Shown: positions 18,152 through 26,923 of the stretch, piece after piece
How positions within the stretch are numbered: the first letter of the stretch is position 1
Layout: every line of letters starts with the position of its first letter
NCBI GenBank assembly: GCA_963753185.1
Contig: CAVWBO010000007.1
Coordinates: 2,507,805 to 2,571,804, forward strand
From: an uncultured Acidimicrobiia bacterium
GTDB taxonomy: Bacteria; Actinomycetota; Acidimicrobiia; Spongiisociales; UBA5794
Direction: 5' to 3'
DNA: 64,000 nt
Translations under genes and position numbers: made by a program
The notes under the pieces: model-generated
What the model saw: the letters and a program-made list of their open reading frames with translations, nothing else
What the model was told of the DNA's origin: nothing
Databases searched by the model: none

Positions 18152-19339
18152 TCAGTCGGCTTCGGGGGCGGCGTGTGCGAACCGGTTCGTGACCACGACA
18201 TCGGCGACGACCTCGACGGCGCAAATCGCACCGAGGAGGAGGACCGTCACGGCGGGCCCCTGGCCGATCAGCCCGACGAGGATCACGAACGGCACCGCGT
18301 AGAGGCGGTTCCACGCGATCCGTGAACTGAGGTCCTCCCCGGCCCGACGGATCGACGCATGCTCGATCGTTGCGATCGCGGCGAAGGCAATGGCGACTCC
18401 GGCCACCAGGACCCACCGTTCGTGCGCTCCGTACACATGGTCGTGATCGGCTCCGATGATCGCATGCTCGACCCCGACCCCGATCATCGCGATGCCGATC
18501 GCCAGCGGCAGGTGCGTGTAGATCCACACGGTCGGACGCCACGCCTTCGCGGCTCCGCGACGCCTCACGACGAACCCGTCGAGGTTGTCGAAGTGGATCC
18601 ACCAGATCCCTGACGCGAGCAGGATGCCTGTGACCCCCGTGATGGTTGTCGCCACCTGCCACTCGACATGGCCCAGGCCGACCGTGACGGCAACGATCGT
18701 CTCGCCGAGCACGAGGATCGTGAAGAGCCCGAACCTTTCGGGGAGGTGGGAGACGTCGAGGGGGACCGAGGCCTGGTCCTTTCGCATGACGTACGGCGTC
18801 GCGACGTCGATGGCGAAGGCGAGCCCCCACATCCAGAAGCGGGCAGGCTCGGGGACGACGACCGATACCAGCCAGAGCGCCGCGGCAGCGCCGAAACCGA
18901 CGAGGTAACCACGCACGAGCTTCTTCGCCTCGGGCACGTGGCGGTACACGCGTGCGTAGAGAACCAGGAGGATGATCCGCGCCGATGCGTACATCGCGGC
19001 GAACACGGTGGTGGAACCCGAGGACTCGGTCGACACCGAAGCGGCGAGGAGGGCGAGGGTGACCATCTGCGTGGCCGCGAGCATGCGATATACGAGATCG
19101 TCGGTGTCGAAGCGATCGGCGTAGAAGGTATGACTCGCCCACAGCCACCAAACCAGGACGAAGTACGCCGCATACGACAGCCAGCCTGAGAAGGAGCTGT
19201 CCGCGAGCAGGCGAATCCCGAGGGCCGCCACGACAGCGACGAAGACGAGGTCGTAGAAGAGCTCGAGCCAGGTCGCCGACCGTTCGCCCTCCTCCTCGAT
19301 GGTGCGCAGCCGCGGAGGCCGGATCGCGGCGAGCCTCAC
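18152..19339 (-). CDS. low-temperature-requirement protein A (LtrA) family membrane protein
   Basis: N-terminal WLELFYDLVFVAVV signature. Multi-TM protein of 395 aa. Confidence 0.75.
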   Translation of the reverse strand: MRLAAIRPPRLRTIEEEGERSATWLELFYDLVFVAVVAALGIRLLADSSFSGWLSYAAYFVLVWWLWASHTFYADRFDTDDLVYRMLAATQMVTLALLAASVSTESSGSTTVFAAMYASARIILLVLYARVYRHVPEAKKLVRGYLVGFGAAAALWLVSVVVPEPARFWMWGLAFAIDVATPYVMRKDQASVPLDVSHLPERFGLFTILVLGETIVAVTVGLGHVEWQVATTITGVTGILLASGIWWIHFDNLDGFVVRRRGAAKAWRPTVWIYTHLPLAIGIAMIGVGVEHAIIGADHDHVYGAHERWVLVAGVAIAFAAIATIEHASIRRAGEDLSSRIAWNRLYAVPFVILVGLIGQGPAVTVLLLGAICAVEVVADVVVTNRFAHAAPEAD

Positions 19340-20130
19340 AGGGGAACCTCGAGGCCCTGATGGATCGCGTCCGTTGCGGGTCTGAGCTGCCGTGCTCGCA
19401 ACAGCATCGCATCGACGGCCTCATCGGTGCGTGAGGGATCGAGGCTGGTGAGCACGAGCTCCGACGTGCCGACGGCGTCCGCCAGGCTGATCGCGTCCTC
19501 GAACGTCGAGTGGCCCCAGCCGCGGTGGGTTTCCATCTCCTCTGGCAGGTACTGCGAGTCGTGGATCAGCACATCAACACCACTGAGGACATTTCGTATC
19601 TCGGCATCCCGCGGCGAACCCGACTCGTGGTCCGTCACGATCCCGACACTGCGATTCGGGCCGTCGATCCGGAACCCGATCGCCCCCTGCGGATGGTTCA
19701 CGTCGAACGCGGAGACCCGGACGCCATCGACGGTGACGGGATCGCCCATGAGCTCGAACCGTAGGGCGGCATCCTCGGCGATCGAGACAGGGAAGAGCGG
19801 CGGCGAAATCGCCCTCGTCAGGATGGATCTCGAGTCACCCTGGCCCCAGAGCCGCACATCGCATGCTCCCTTCCACAACTCGTCGAGCATCGTGAGGCCC
19901 TGGATGTGATCCCAGTGGTAGTGGGACAGGAAGATGTCGACGGCCTGGGACAGCTCGAGCCCGAGGGTCCGATGCGCGGCGAGTCCCGTTCCCGCATCGA
20001 TGAACGCGACCGCCCGATGACCTGCGACGATCGCGAACGACGTGGTGTTTCCCCCGTAGCGAACATATGCCGGACCGGAGACGGGTATCGAACCGCGACC
20101 ACCGAGGACCACGATGCTTGCGTTGTCCAC
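19336..20130 (-). CDS. MBL-fold metallo-hydrolase
   Basis: HYHWDH (HxHxDH) metal-binding motif. Start placed at GTG (VDNASIVVLGG) with GGAGGAG 4 nt upstream. Overlaps ltrA by 4 nt, so probably co-transcribed. Confidence 0.7.
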   Translation of the reverse strand: MDNASIVVLGGRGSIPVSGPAYVRYGGNTTSFAIVAGHRAVAFIDAGTGLAAHRTLGLELSQAVDIFLSHYHWDHIQGLTMLDELWKGACDVRLWGQGDSRSILTRAISPPLFPVSIAEDAALRFELMGDPVTVDGVRVSAFDVNHPQGAIGFRIDGPNRSVGIVTDHESGSPRDAEIRNVLSGVDVLIHDSQYLPEEMETHRGWGHSTFEDAISLADAVGTSELVLTSLDPSRTDEAVDAMLLRARQLRPATDAIHQGLEVPL

Positions 20131-20243
20131 GTCACTCCTCCATCGACCGAAGTGGGAGGCTAGCGGGTCACGTGATGCGAAGCTGTTCGCGTGTCGGTAG
20201 GCTCGAATGTGCTCATGGACCAGGGCGGAAGGAGGTCGTTCAC

Positions 20244-21896
20244 ATGGCAAAACCTGTGATTCTCGCGGTCGACGACGACCCCCAGGTTCTGGCTGCCGTG
20301 CGGCGCGACCTTCGAACCCGATACGCGGAGTCATACCAGATCGTCGCTGCACCTTCGGGTCGCGAGGCGCTCGACGCCGTTGCCGAGATCGATGACGGGG
20401 GCCGCACCATCGCCGCATTCGTGGTCGATCAGCGGATGCCCAACATGACCGGCACCGAGTTCCTCGTCGAGGCACAGAAGACCTTCCCGAACGCGAAGCG
20501 GCTCCTCCTGACTGCCTATGCCGACACAGAGGCGGCGATTCAGGCGATCAATGACGTCGGCCTCGACCACTACCTCCTCAAACCGTGGGCGCCACCGGAG
20601 GAGCGCCTGTACCCCGTGCTCGACGATGTGCTCGACGACTGGCAGGCATCCGCGGAGCGCCCGTTCGAGGGCGTTCGCGTCTTCGGAACGACATGGTCGC
20701 CGACGACATTCGAGGTCAAGGCCTTCCTCGCCCGAAACGAGGTTGCCTACCAGTTCCTCGACATCGACCGCGACGCGGAAGCCGCCGAGCTCGCCGCGAA
20801 GCTCTCCGACGGAAGGGCCGAACTTCCCATCGTCGTCACGGAGGACGACACGGTGTTCGTGAATCCCGACAAGGCGACACTTGCTGCAGCCGTCGGGATC
20901 CATGCGACCCCGGGATCACCCTTCTACGACCTTGTGATCATCGGGGGAGGTCCCGCGGGACTCGCGGCAGCCGTCTACGGTGCGTCGGAGGGGCTCGCGA
21001 CTGCGCTCATCGAGCGCGAAGCCGCGGGCGGCCAGGCCGGCACGAGTTCACGTATCGAGAACTACCTCGGCTTCCCGAAGGGTGTGAGCGGTGCTGACCT
21101 CGCCAGGAGGGCTATTGCCCAGGCGATTCGGCTCGGTGCGGAACTCGTCACCGCCGTTGAGGTCACGGGTGTCAGGGTCGACGGACCGGTCAAGCATGTC
21201 CAGCTCTCAGACGGCTCCGAGCTGACGTGCCGCGCACTCATCGTGGCGTCCGGCATGACCGTCAAGCGCCTCGGTGTCCCCGGATACGAGCGCTTCGAGG
21301 GTGCTGGGGTCTACTACGGCGCAGCGGCCACGGAAGCAGCCACGTATAGGGACAAGGATGTCTACGTGATCGGGGGCGCGAACTCCGCGGGACAGGCCGC
21401 CGTGATGTTCTCGAAGACGAGCTCTCGCGTCACGATGGTGGTGCGCGCACCGTCGCTCGGGGAGCGCATGTCGCAGTACCTCGTCGACCAGATCGCCGGA
21501 ATCCCGAACATCGAGGTGCTGACATCCACCGAGGTCGTCGAGGTCACCGGCAGCGATAGGGTCGAGTCGATCACCCTGCGCAACACGGAGACGCTCGTGC
21601 CCGAACGTCGCGATGCTTCGGCTCTGTTCATCTTCGTCGGCGCCGTACCCCATTCGGCCTTCCTCCAGGATGTCATCGCGATGAACGCCAAGGGGTTCAT
21701 CTACACGGGACGGGACGTTCAGAGCTTCAGCGACGACTGGAGGCTCAAACGCGACCCGTTCGCCCTCGAGACGTCCGTACCCGGTGTCTTTGCGGCGGGC
21801 GACGTGCGCGAAGGGGCCGTTCGACGCGTGGCAAGCGCCGTTGGTGAGGGGTCGGTCGCCGTGACATTCGTCCACCGATACCTGGATACGGTGTGA
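20244..21896 (+). CDS. response-regulator receiver (REC) fused to a glutaredoxin-like domain and a thioredoxin-reductase-like FAD/NAD(P)-binding domain; redox-active cysteines absent from both
   Basis: N-terminal REC (ILAVDDD...FVVDQRMPNMTG...KP). Middle Grx/NrdH-like fold with SPTT in place of CxxC. TrxR-like domain with intact GxGxxG FAD and NAD(P) motifs, but AAATEA in place of the CATCDG active site. Start at MAKPVI with GGAAGGAGG upstream. Confidence 0.75.
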   Translation: MAKPVILAVDDDPQVLAAVRRDLRTRYAESYQIVAAPSGREALDAVAEIDDGGRTIAAFVVDQRMPNMTGTEFLVEAQKTFPNAKRLLLTAYADTEAAIQAINDVGLDHYLLKPWAPPEERLYPVLDDVLDDWQASAERPFEGVRVFGTTWSPTTFEVKAFLARNEVAYQFLDIDRDAEAAELAAKLSDGRAELPIVVTEDDTVFVNPDKATLAAAVGIHATPGSPFYDLVIIGGGPAGLAAAVYGASEGLATALIEREAAGGQAGTSSRIENYLGFPKGVSGADLARRAIAQAIRLGAELVTAVEVTGVRVDGPVKHVQLSDGSELTCRALIVASGMTVKRLGVPGYERFEGAGVYYGAAATEAATYRDKDVYVIGGANSAGQAAVMFSKTSSRVTMVVRAPSLGERMSQYLVDQIAGIPNIEVLTSTEVVEVTGSDRVESITLRNTETLVPERRDASALFIFVGAVPHSAFLQDVIAMNAKGFIYTGRDVQSFSDDWRLKRDPFALETSVPGVFAAGDVREGAVRRVASAVGEGSVAVTFVHRYLDTV

Positions 21897-23242
21897 CGTA
21901 CGACCTGCGCTCCGTGCCGCTGTTCTCCGGATTGCCGGACGACGATCTCGCACGGCTGTCCGACGGTCTCGCAGAGCACCACCTCCCTGCGGGAGAGACC
22001 CTGTTCGAGGAGGGTGACGAGGCAGACGTCGCGTACGTCATCACAGGTGGGGAGATCGCGATCCTCAAGGACTCGGCGGGCAGGCGGGTGCGGATCGCGG
22101 TCTCGGGCGTCGGCGATGTCGTCGGCGAGATGGCCCTCCTCACCGCCGAGCCACGAAACGCCACGGCGAAGGCCCTCACGCCGGTCGACCTCGTGTCCAT
22201 TCCCAAGAAGTGCCTCGACGAAGTGCTTGCGATCAGCGTCGCTGCCAACCGGGCGCTCTTCGAAGTCTTCATCTCGCGCTGGCGCGAACAGGAGGCGCGG
22301 GTACGTCAGTCCGAACACATGGCACAACTGGGTGTCCTGACCGCCGGGCTCGCACACGAGATGAACAACCCCGCCGCCGCCGTCACTCGTGGCTCCGAGA
22401 GCCTGGGAGGCGTGATCGACAACCTCATCGAGCTCACGAGGCGAGTACCACCGGATGTCGAGATTCCGACGCCTTCGGCCGCAGGTGCATCGTTGTCGAC
22501 GATGGAGCGCTCGGATCGGGAGGAGGAACTCGAGGAGCAGCTCGAACGACTCGGTGTCGAACGCCCGTGGGCCTACGCAGGTCCCTTGGTTGATGGTGGA
22601 TTCCTGCCCTCCGACCTCGCCGATGTCGATCCGGCACATGCCGAGATCCTCATCGCCGCGGCCTCCGCGACCGCGGAGTGCGCCTCGTTGCTGGCGGAGG
22701 TCTCCGAAGGATCCCAGCGCATGTCCTCGCTGGTCTCTGCGCTGAAGTCGTACTCCTTCCTGGACCAGGCGCCCATCCAGCAGGTGGACGTGGTGAAGGG
22801 CATCGAGGACACCTTGCTGATCCTTCGTTCCAAGACGAAGGACATCGACATTGTTCGCGAGTACGCACCGGACGTGCCACCGATCGTCGCGTTCGGGAGC
22901 CAGCTCAACCAGGTGTGGACGAACCTCATCGACAACGCCGCAGACGCCATCACCGAAGCCGGAATCGACGATGGGAGAATCGTGATCCGTGTGACGGGCG
23001 GCGAGGACACCGTGACGGTGGAGATCGAGAACAACGGGCCTGGCATCCCCCCTACCGTCATCGATCGGATCTTCGAGGCGTTCTTCACCACGAAGGAGCC
23101 TGGTCGAGGAACGGGTCTGGGCCTTGACACGGCGTATGGAATCGTCGTGACTCAGCACCGGGGCACGATCGACGTCCGATCCGTCGACGGATCGACCGTG
23201 TTCACGGTCGTCCTTCCCCACGACCAGGCAGGCACGGCCTAG
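21893..23242 (+). CDS. sensor histidine kinase with N-terminal cyclic-nucleotide-binding (CAP/cNMP) domain
   Basis: cNMP-binding phosphate-binding cassette (GEMALL...PRNATAKAL). HisKA H-box AHEMNNP. HATPase N- and G-boxes (NLIDNAADA, GTGLGL). GTG start overlaps the upstream stop (GTGA), implying translational coupling. Confidence 0.75.
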   Translation: MTYDLRSVPLFSGLPDDDLARLSDGLAEHHLPAGETLFEEGDEADVAYVITGGEIAILKDSAGRRVRIAVSGVGDVVGEMALLTAEPRNATAKALTPVDLVSIPKKCLDEVLAISVAANRALFEVFISRWREQEARVRQSEHMAQLGVLTAGLAHEMNNPAAAVTRGSESLGGVIDNLIELTRRVPPDVEIPTPSAAGASLSTMERSDREEELEEQLERLGVERPWAYAGPLVDGGFLPSDLADVDPAHAEILIAAASATAECASLLAEVSEGSQRMSSLVSALKSYSFLDQAPIQQVDVVKGIEDTLLILRSKTKDIDIVREYAPDVPPIVAFGSQLNQVWTNLIDNAADAITEAGIDDGRIVIRVTGGEDTVTVEIENNGPGIPPTVIDRIFEAFFTTKEPGRGTGLGLDTAYGIVVTQHRGTIDVRSVDGSTVFTVVLPHDQAGTA

Positions 23243-23273
23243 GGCCGCTGCCACGGCCGAACGACAGGAACCG

Positions 23274-23303
23274 CATGAGGGGCCCCGATCGGGGCCCCTC
23301 ATG
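23274..23303. terminator. 30-bp perfect palindromic GC-rich hairpin (CATGAGGGGCCCCGATCGGGGCCCCTCATG), probable bidirectional intrinsic terminator
   Basis: Lies 32 bp downstream of the HK stop, in a convergent gap with the cutinase gene. No U-tract. Confidence 0.55.
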
Positions 23304-23494
23304 GTGGCCAGTCCCATCGAGTGGGAGGGATCTGTGTCGTTGACCGACTCCGGGTCTCAGACGCCTGGGGCGCCTGCGTTGTGCTTCGATCCCTGCCGTC
23401 TCGGTGACCGGCCTCGTCCTTTCATCAACCGTCGCGCCGAATCCTGAGTTTGTCAATGAGGATTCGATGGATGCGCCAGATCTGGCGAGGCCCG

Positions 23495-24202
23495 TCAGCG
23501 AGGGCCTGGCGCCCAGCGCGCCCTGGCATCCATGCGGCTTTCGACGATCGACGTCACCCACTGTGCGGCGTCCTGATACCCCTCGGTGTGGGCGAGGAGG
23601 TCGTTACGTCCACGCTCGCAAATCCCGTCACCTGCGGCGCACACGTCGATCGCGACCGTCCTCACATGGTCAGGTAGGGCGATGGCTCCGAAGGCTCCGG
23701 GCCGCAGGGCGGTCGGATCACCGAGCCGGATCATGCCGATCTGGGAAGGATCCCTCGTCGGGTCTGCGAGCAGGACGACCGCTGCGATGCGGTGCATCGG
23801 CACGGTGCCCTCCAGTGCGGTCTTGATCACCTGAGCACCCTGGGAGTAGCCGACGAGGACGATGTCGGTCGACGGACATGTGCGCGCAACGCGCCCGACC
23901 GCCGCCCAGAGGGAGTTGACGCCTGCCCTGACGCTTGCGTCGTACTCGCCGTTGATCAGCGCGAGCCCGAGTGAATCGGCGATGGAGATCGCCGGGTAGT
24001 CGAGCGCCTCCGACGTCACCGACCTTCCGACCGCCGCCGTCGCATCGGAGATCGACCTCACGACCGGCCCCACCTGATCCCCGAAACCGCTCGGTTGGCC
24101 CGATCCCCGTGCTCCGATGACATGGGTCATCGAGCACTCCGGTGCCATCGACGGAGCTGGCGCGATCAGTGCGAGGATGAGGGAGACGGCGGCGAGCCAC
24201 AT
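23495..24202 (-). CDS. cutinase-family secreted serine esterase
   Basis: Signal peptide (MWLAAVSLILALIAPAPSMA). Cutinase motifs GARGSG and GYSQGA, with the conserved Cys pairs. Confidence 0.8.
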   Translation of the reverse strand: MWLAAVSLILALIAPAPSMAPECSMTHVIGARGSGQPSGFGDQVGPVVRSISDATAAVGRSVTSEALDYPAISIADSLGLALINGEYDASVRAGVNSLWAAVGRVARTCPSTDIVLVGYSQGAQVIKTALEGTVPMHRIAAVVLLADPTRDPSQIGMIRLGDPTALRPGAFGAIALPDHVRTVAIDVCAAGDGICERGRNDLLAHTEGYQDAAQWVTSIVESRMDARARWAPGPR

Positions 24203-24339
24203 ATCGCGATCGTACGGCCCTGAACCGGGTAGCGGACCGCACCGACGCCCGGCGCACGTCAGCGACCCAGGTCCCGTGTGCAATCATTGGACGGTCCCGC
24301 AGCGGCGTGGACGGGCGACGCACGACACGGGGGCACGAC

Positions 24340-24738
24340 ATGAGCGACTGGAATGCGCGGGTCATCGAGGAGTTTCGGGACAATGGCGGAGCCGTGGGCG
24401 GAGGGTTCGAGGGCAGACCTCTGCTGCTCCTTCATACCAGAGGAGCCAAGACGGGACGAGAGCGCGTGAGCCCGCTGATGTATCGCGAAGAAGCCGGACG
24501 GATCTACGTGTTCGCCTCCAGAGGCGGGTCTCCCGCGAATCCGGGCTGGTACCACAACCTCCGAGCGAACCCGCAGGTGACGTACGAGATCGGAACTGAG
24601 ATCCGTTCAGCACGCGCGGTCGAGGTCAACGGTGCCGAACGGGACGGCATCTACGCCAGACACGCGTCAGCGTTCCCCATGTTCGCCGAGTATCAGGAGA
24701 AGACCGACCGCACGATCCCGGTCATCGAACTCGTGTGA
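24340..24738 (+). CDS. nitroreductase-family deazaflavin (F420)-dependent oxidoreductase (Ddn-like, DUF385)
   Basis: ~130 aa. Split-barrel motif ...LLLLHTRGAKTGRERVSPLMY...GGSPANPGWYHNLRANP, typical of Ddn/PPOX-class F420H2 enzymes. Confidence 0.75.
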   Translation: MSDWNARVIEEFRDNGGAVGGGFEGRPLLLLHTRGAKTGRERVSPLMYREEAGRIYVFASRGGSPANPGWYHNLRANPQVTYEIGTEIRSARAVEVNGAERDGIYARHASAFPMFAEYQEKTDRTIPVIELV

Positions 24739-24789
24739 CCCGTTCGGTCCCGTTTCGCTCTTGTCACACCCTGGTGTGAGAATCGGGTC

Positions 24790-26412
24790 ATGACGAGTCG
24801 ACCCCTCCCGAGCGTGATCCTCCGGTCCCCGTCGCTCGGTGGATCGGACATCGGCAGATGCCTCACCCGCATCCACCACGACCGGTTCACGCCAGCGGTC
24901 CAGATCGCCGACGAGGTTCGCGAACGCTCGCTCTCGCTGGGGATCGAATATGAAGCCCGCGTCCTTGCCGGGCTCATGGCGACCAGGAGCGACGCGGTGC
25001 GCATCGACGACAGGGGTGAGCCCGGCCGGCTGGCCACGTTGGCAGCCCTCGATAGCGGGGCACCGCTCATCCTCGGAGCGCGATTGGAGTCCGATGACCG
25101 CTCCCTCGTCGGGCTGCCGGACATCCTCGTCCGTCTGGACGACGGCTATGCGGCGGTCGAGGTCAAGAACCACAAGGTGATCGGCGACAACGGTCCAGAG
25201 GGTCACGCCACCCGCCTGCCGTCGTTGCCGAGGCTCGACGGCGATCCGGTTCGGTTCAGATCGTTTCGCAGACGCGACCTGCTCCAGGTCGCCCACTACT
25301 GGCTCCTTCTCGAGACCGCGGGACACTCGACGGCCTCGCCGATCGGTGGCGTTATCGGGTCGGACGAGCCGACGGTGTGCGTCTGGGTCGACCTCGCACA
25401 GGGGGATCCACCGATCGCAGAGGAGTGCAGGACGTACCGAACGGACGCACTAGAGGCGATCGCACATGGGAGGGCGCATCCCGACGAGCCGCTCGCGTCA
25501 CCCTGGCTGCGAGGTGAGTGCAGGGGTTGTGACTGGTATGGGACCTGTATCGCCGAGCTGTTGACAGCCGACGACCCGACACTGTTGCGAGAGATCGATG
25601 CGGAAGGTCGCGACCGTCTTCGATCGGAGGGGATCGCCACCGTCGCCGACATCGCAGACCTGGAACCTGGCGATGAGCGCGTGCCCGGGGATGGGACGGT
25701 CTTCCAGGCCCGCGCTCGAGCCGCTGGACGGCTGCTGCGGTCCGACGCCGGAGGCGGTCCCATCGATCTCCCCAATCGACGCATCGAAGTCGACTTCGAC
25801 GTCGAGACGTTCGGCGGCCGCACGTACCTGGCAGGCCTGCTGGTGACGGAGGCGGGGAGAACGACCTACGAGCCGATCTGCGACTGGGAGGCGAGCGAGC
25901 CAGGTGAACGATCACTACTCGAAGCTCTGTTCGCTCGCTTCGGTGAATGGGCGCACGACGACGTGGTCGTCTTCCACTGGACGGACTACGAACAGCGTGT
26001 CCTGGCCGCCGCAGCGTCCGCACACGGCCTCGACATCCCAGGGTACGGGACGGTGGGCGAGTGGTTCGGTGACATCGCGGTCGACCTGTGCGCCTGGTCG
26101 CGTCACCACCTCGTCTCGCCTGATGGGTTCTCCCTCAAGACCATCGCACCGTTGTGCGGGTTCACCTGGCGGGATCGCGATCCCGGCGGTCTCCAGTCCG
26201 AGATCTGGTTCGAGCGGTTGGTCGCCGGGGAGACGGACATGCAGGATCGGCTCCTCGCCTACAACGAGGACGACGTGCTTGCCCAGCTTGCGATACGCCG
26301 ATGGATCCGCAGCCACGACGTCGGAAGGGGCCCCGGTAGCGGCCTCCCCTCCGTCCACGATTGGCCACTCGCCAAGAGCCCACCGTCGAGCGTCCACAGC
26401 AGCCCACCTTGA
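24790..26412 (+). CDS. TM0106-family RecB/Cas4-like nuclease (PD-(D/E)XK nuclease with Cys cluster plus C-terminal RNase-H-like domain)
   Basis: PD-(D/E)XK core DILVRLDDGYAAVEVKNHK. Cys motif C...CRGCDWYGTC as in Cas4/AddB Fe-S nucleases. C-terminal YprB/RNaseH-like NEDDVLAQLAIRRW. Confidence 0.65.
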   Translation: MTSRPLPSVILRSPSLGGSDIGRCLTRIHHDRFTPAVQIADEVRERSLSLGIEYEARVLAGLMATRSDAVRIDDRGEPGRLATLAALDSGAPLILGARLESDDRSLVGLPDILVRLDDGYAAVEVKNHKVIGDNGPEGHATRLPSLPRLDGDPVRFRSFRRRDLLQVAHYWLLLETAGHSTASPIGGVIGSDEPTVCVWVDLAQGDPPIAEECRTYRTDALEAIAHGRAHPDEPLASPWLRGECRGCDWYGTCIAELLTADDPTLLREIDAEGRDRLRSEGIATVADIADLEPGDERVPGDGTVFQARARAAGRLLRSDAGGGPIDLPNRRIEVDFDVETFGGRTYLAGLLVTEAGRTTYEPICDWEASEPGERSLLEALFARFGEWAHDDVVVFHWTDYEQRVLAAAASAHGLDIPGYGTVGEWFGDIAVDLCAWSRHHLVSPDGFSLKTIAPLCGFTWRDRDPGGLQSEIWFERLVAGETDMQDRLLAYNEDDVLAQLAIRRWIRSHDVGRGPGSGLPSVHDWPLAKSPPSSVHSSPP

Positions 26413-26437
26413 CATGTCTAATACCATTAGATAGGAT
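26409..26437 (+). promoter_or_regulatory. sigma70-like promoter: TTGACA-17 bp-TAGGAT in an AT-rich patch upstream of the SRPBCC gene
   Basis: Consensus -35 TTGACA, a 17-bp spacer and a TAnnnT -10. An AAGGGAGAG RBS and the GTG start at 26466 follow. Confidence 0.45.
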
Positions 26438-26465
26438 GGACCGCCCAGACAGCAAGGGAGAGCAC

Positions 26466-26912
26466 GTGGCGTCCATCCGTACATCCATCGAGGTTGCAGC
26501 CCCAATCGAGACCATGTGGCAGATCCTGACCGATCTCGACGGTCACGCTCAGTGGAACCCGTTCATGGTCCATGCCGAGGGATCTCTGGAGGAGGGCTCG
26601 ACCATTGCGGTCACCCTCCAGCTGCCGGGATCGAAGCCGCAGCGTTTTCGGCCCGTCATCACCAAAGCCACGGAACCCACCGTCCTCGAGTGGCTGGGTT
26701 CCGTCGGCATTCGCGGCATCTTCGACGGACGACACCGATTCGATCTCGAGCCGACAGGCTCGGGTACCCGATTCGTGCAATCGGAGACATTCACCGGTCT
26801 CCTGGCCCCGATCGTGGTGCCCATGATCCGCAAGCGGACCGAGCTGGGCTTCAACGCGATGAACGAGGCCATCCGGTCGAGAGCCGAACAGTCGACCCAC
26901 CGTAGGGCCTGA
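26466..26912 (+). CDS. SRPBCC-superfamily protein (polyketide cyclase/dehydrase-lipid transport, Bet v1-like)
   Basis: VASIRTSIEVAAPIETMWQILTDLDGHAQWNPF..., a typical SRPBCC N-terminus. GTG start with an AAGGGAGAG RBS. ATG at 26436 is the alternative. Confidence 0.65.
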   Translation: MASIRTSIEVAAPIETMWQILTDLDGHAQWNPFMVHAEGSLEEGSTIAVTLQLPGSKPQRFRPVITKATEPTVLEWLGSVGIRGIFDGRHRFDLEPTGSGTRFVQSETFTGLLAPIVVPMIRKRTELGFNAMNEAIRSRAEQSTHRRA

Positions 26913-26923
26913 CCGGGGGATCA

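Noticed and set aside
17039-19424. Long minus-strand ORFs of 338 and 540 aa, rich in Arg/Gly/Pro.
   Set aside because: They are antisense or out-of-frame overlaps of VanW and ltrA. They have low-complexity RG-rich products and no domain signatures.
21719-23317. 532-aa minus-strand ORF.
   Set aside because: Antisense to the well-supported cNMP-binding histidine kinase gene.
23304-23494. Searched the longer intergenic gaps (23304-23494, 28931-29319, 53203-53425) for tRNA or other small RNA genes.
   Set aside because: No tRNA-like features (T-arm GTTCRANYC, acceptor or anticodon stem arrangement) or other recognisable ncRNA signatures seen by eye. A covariance-model scan would still be worthwhile.
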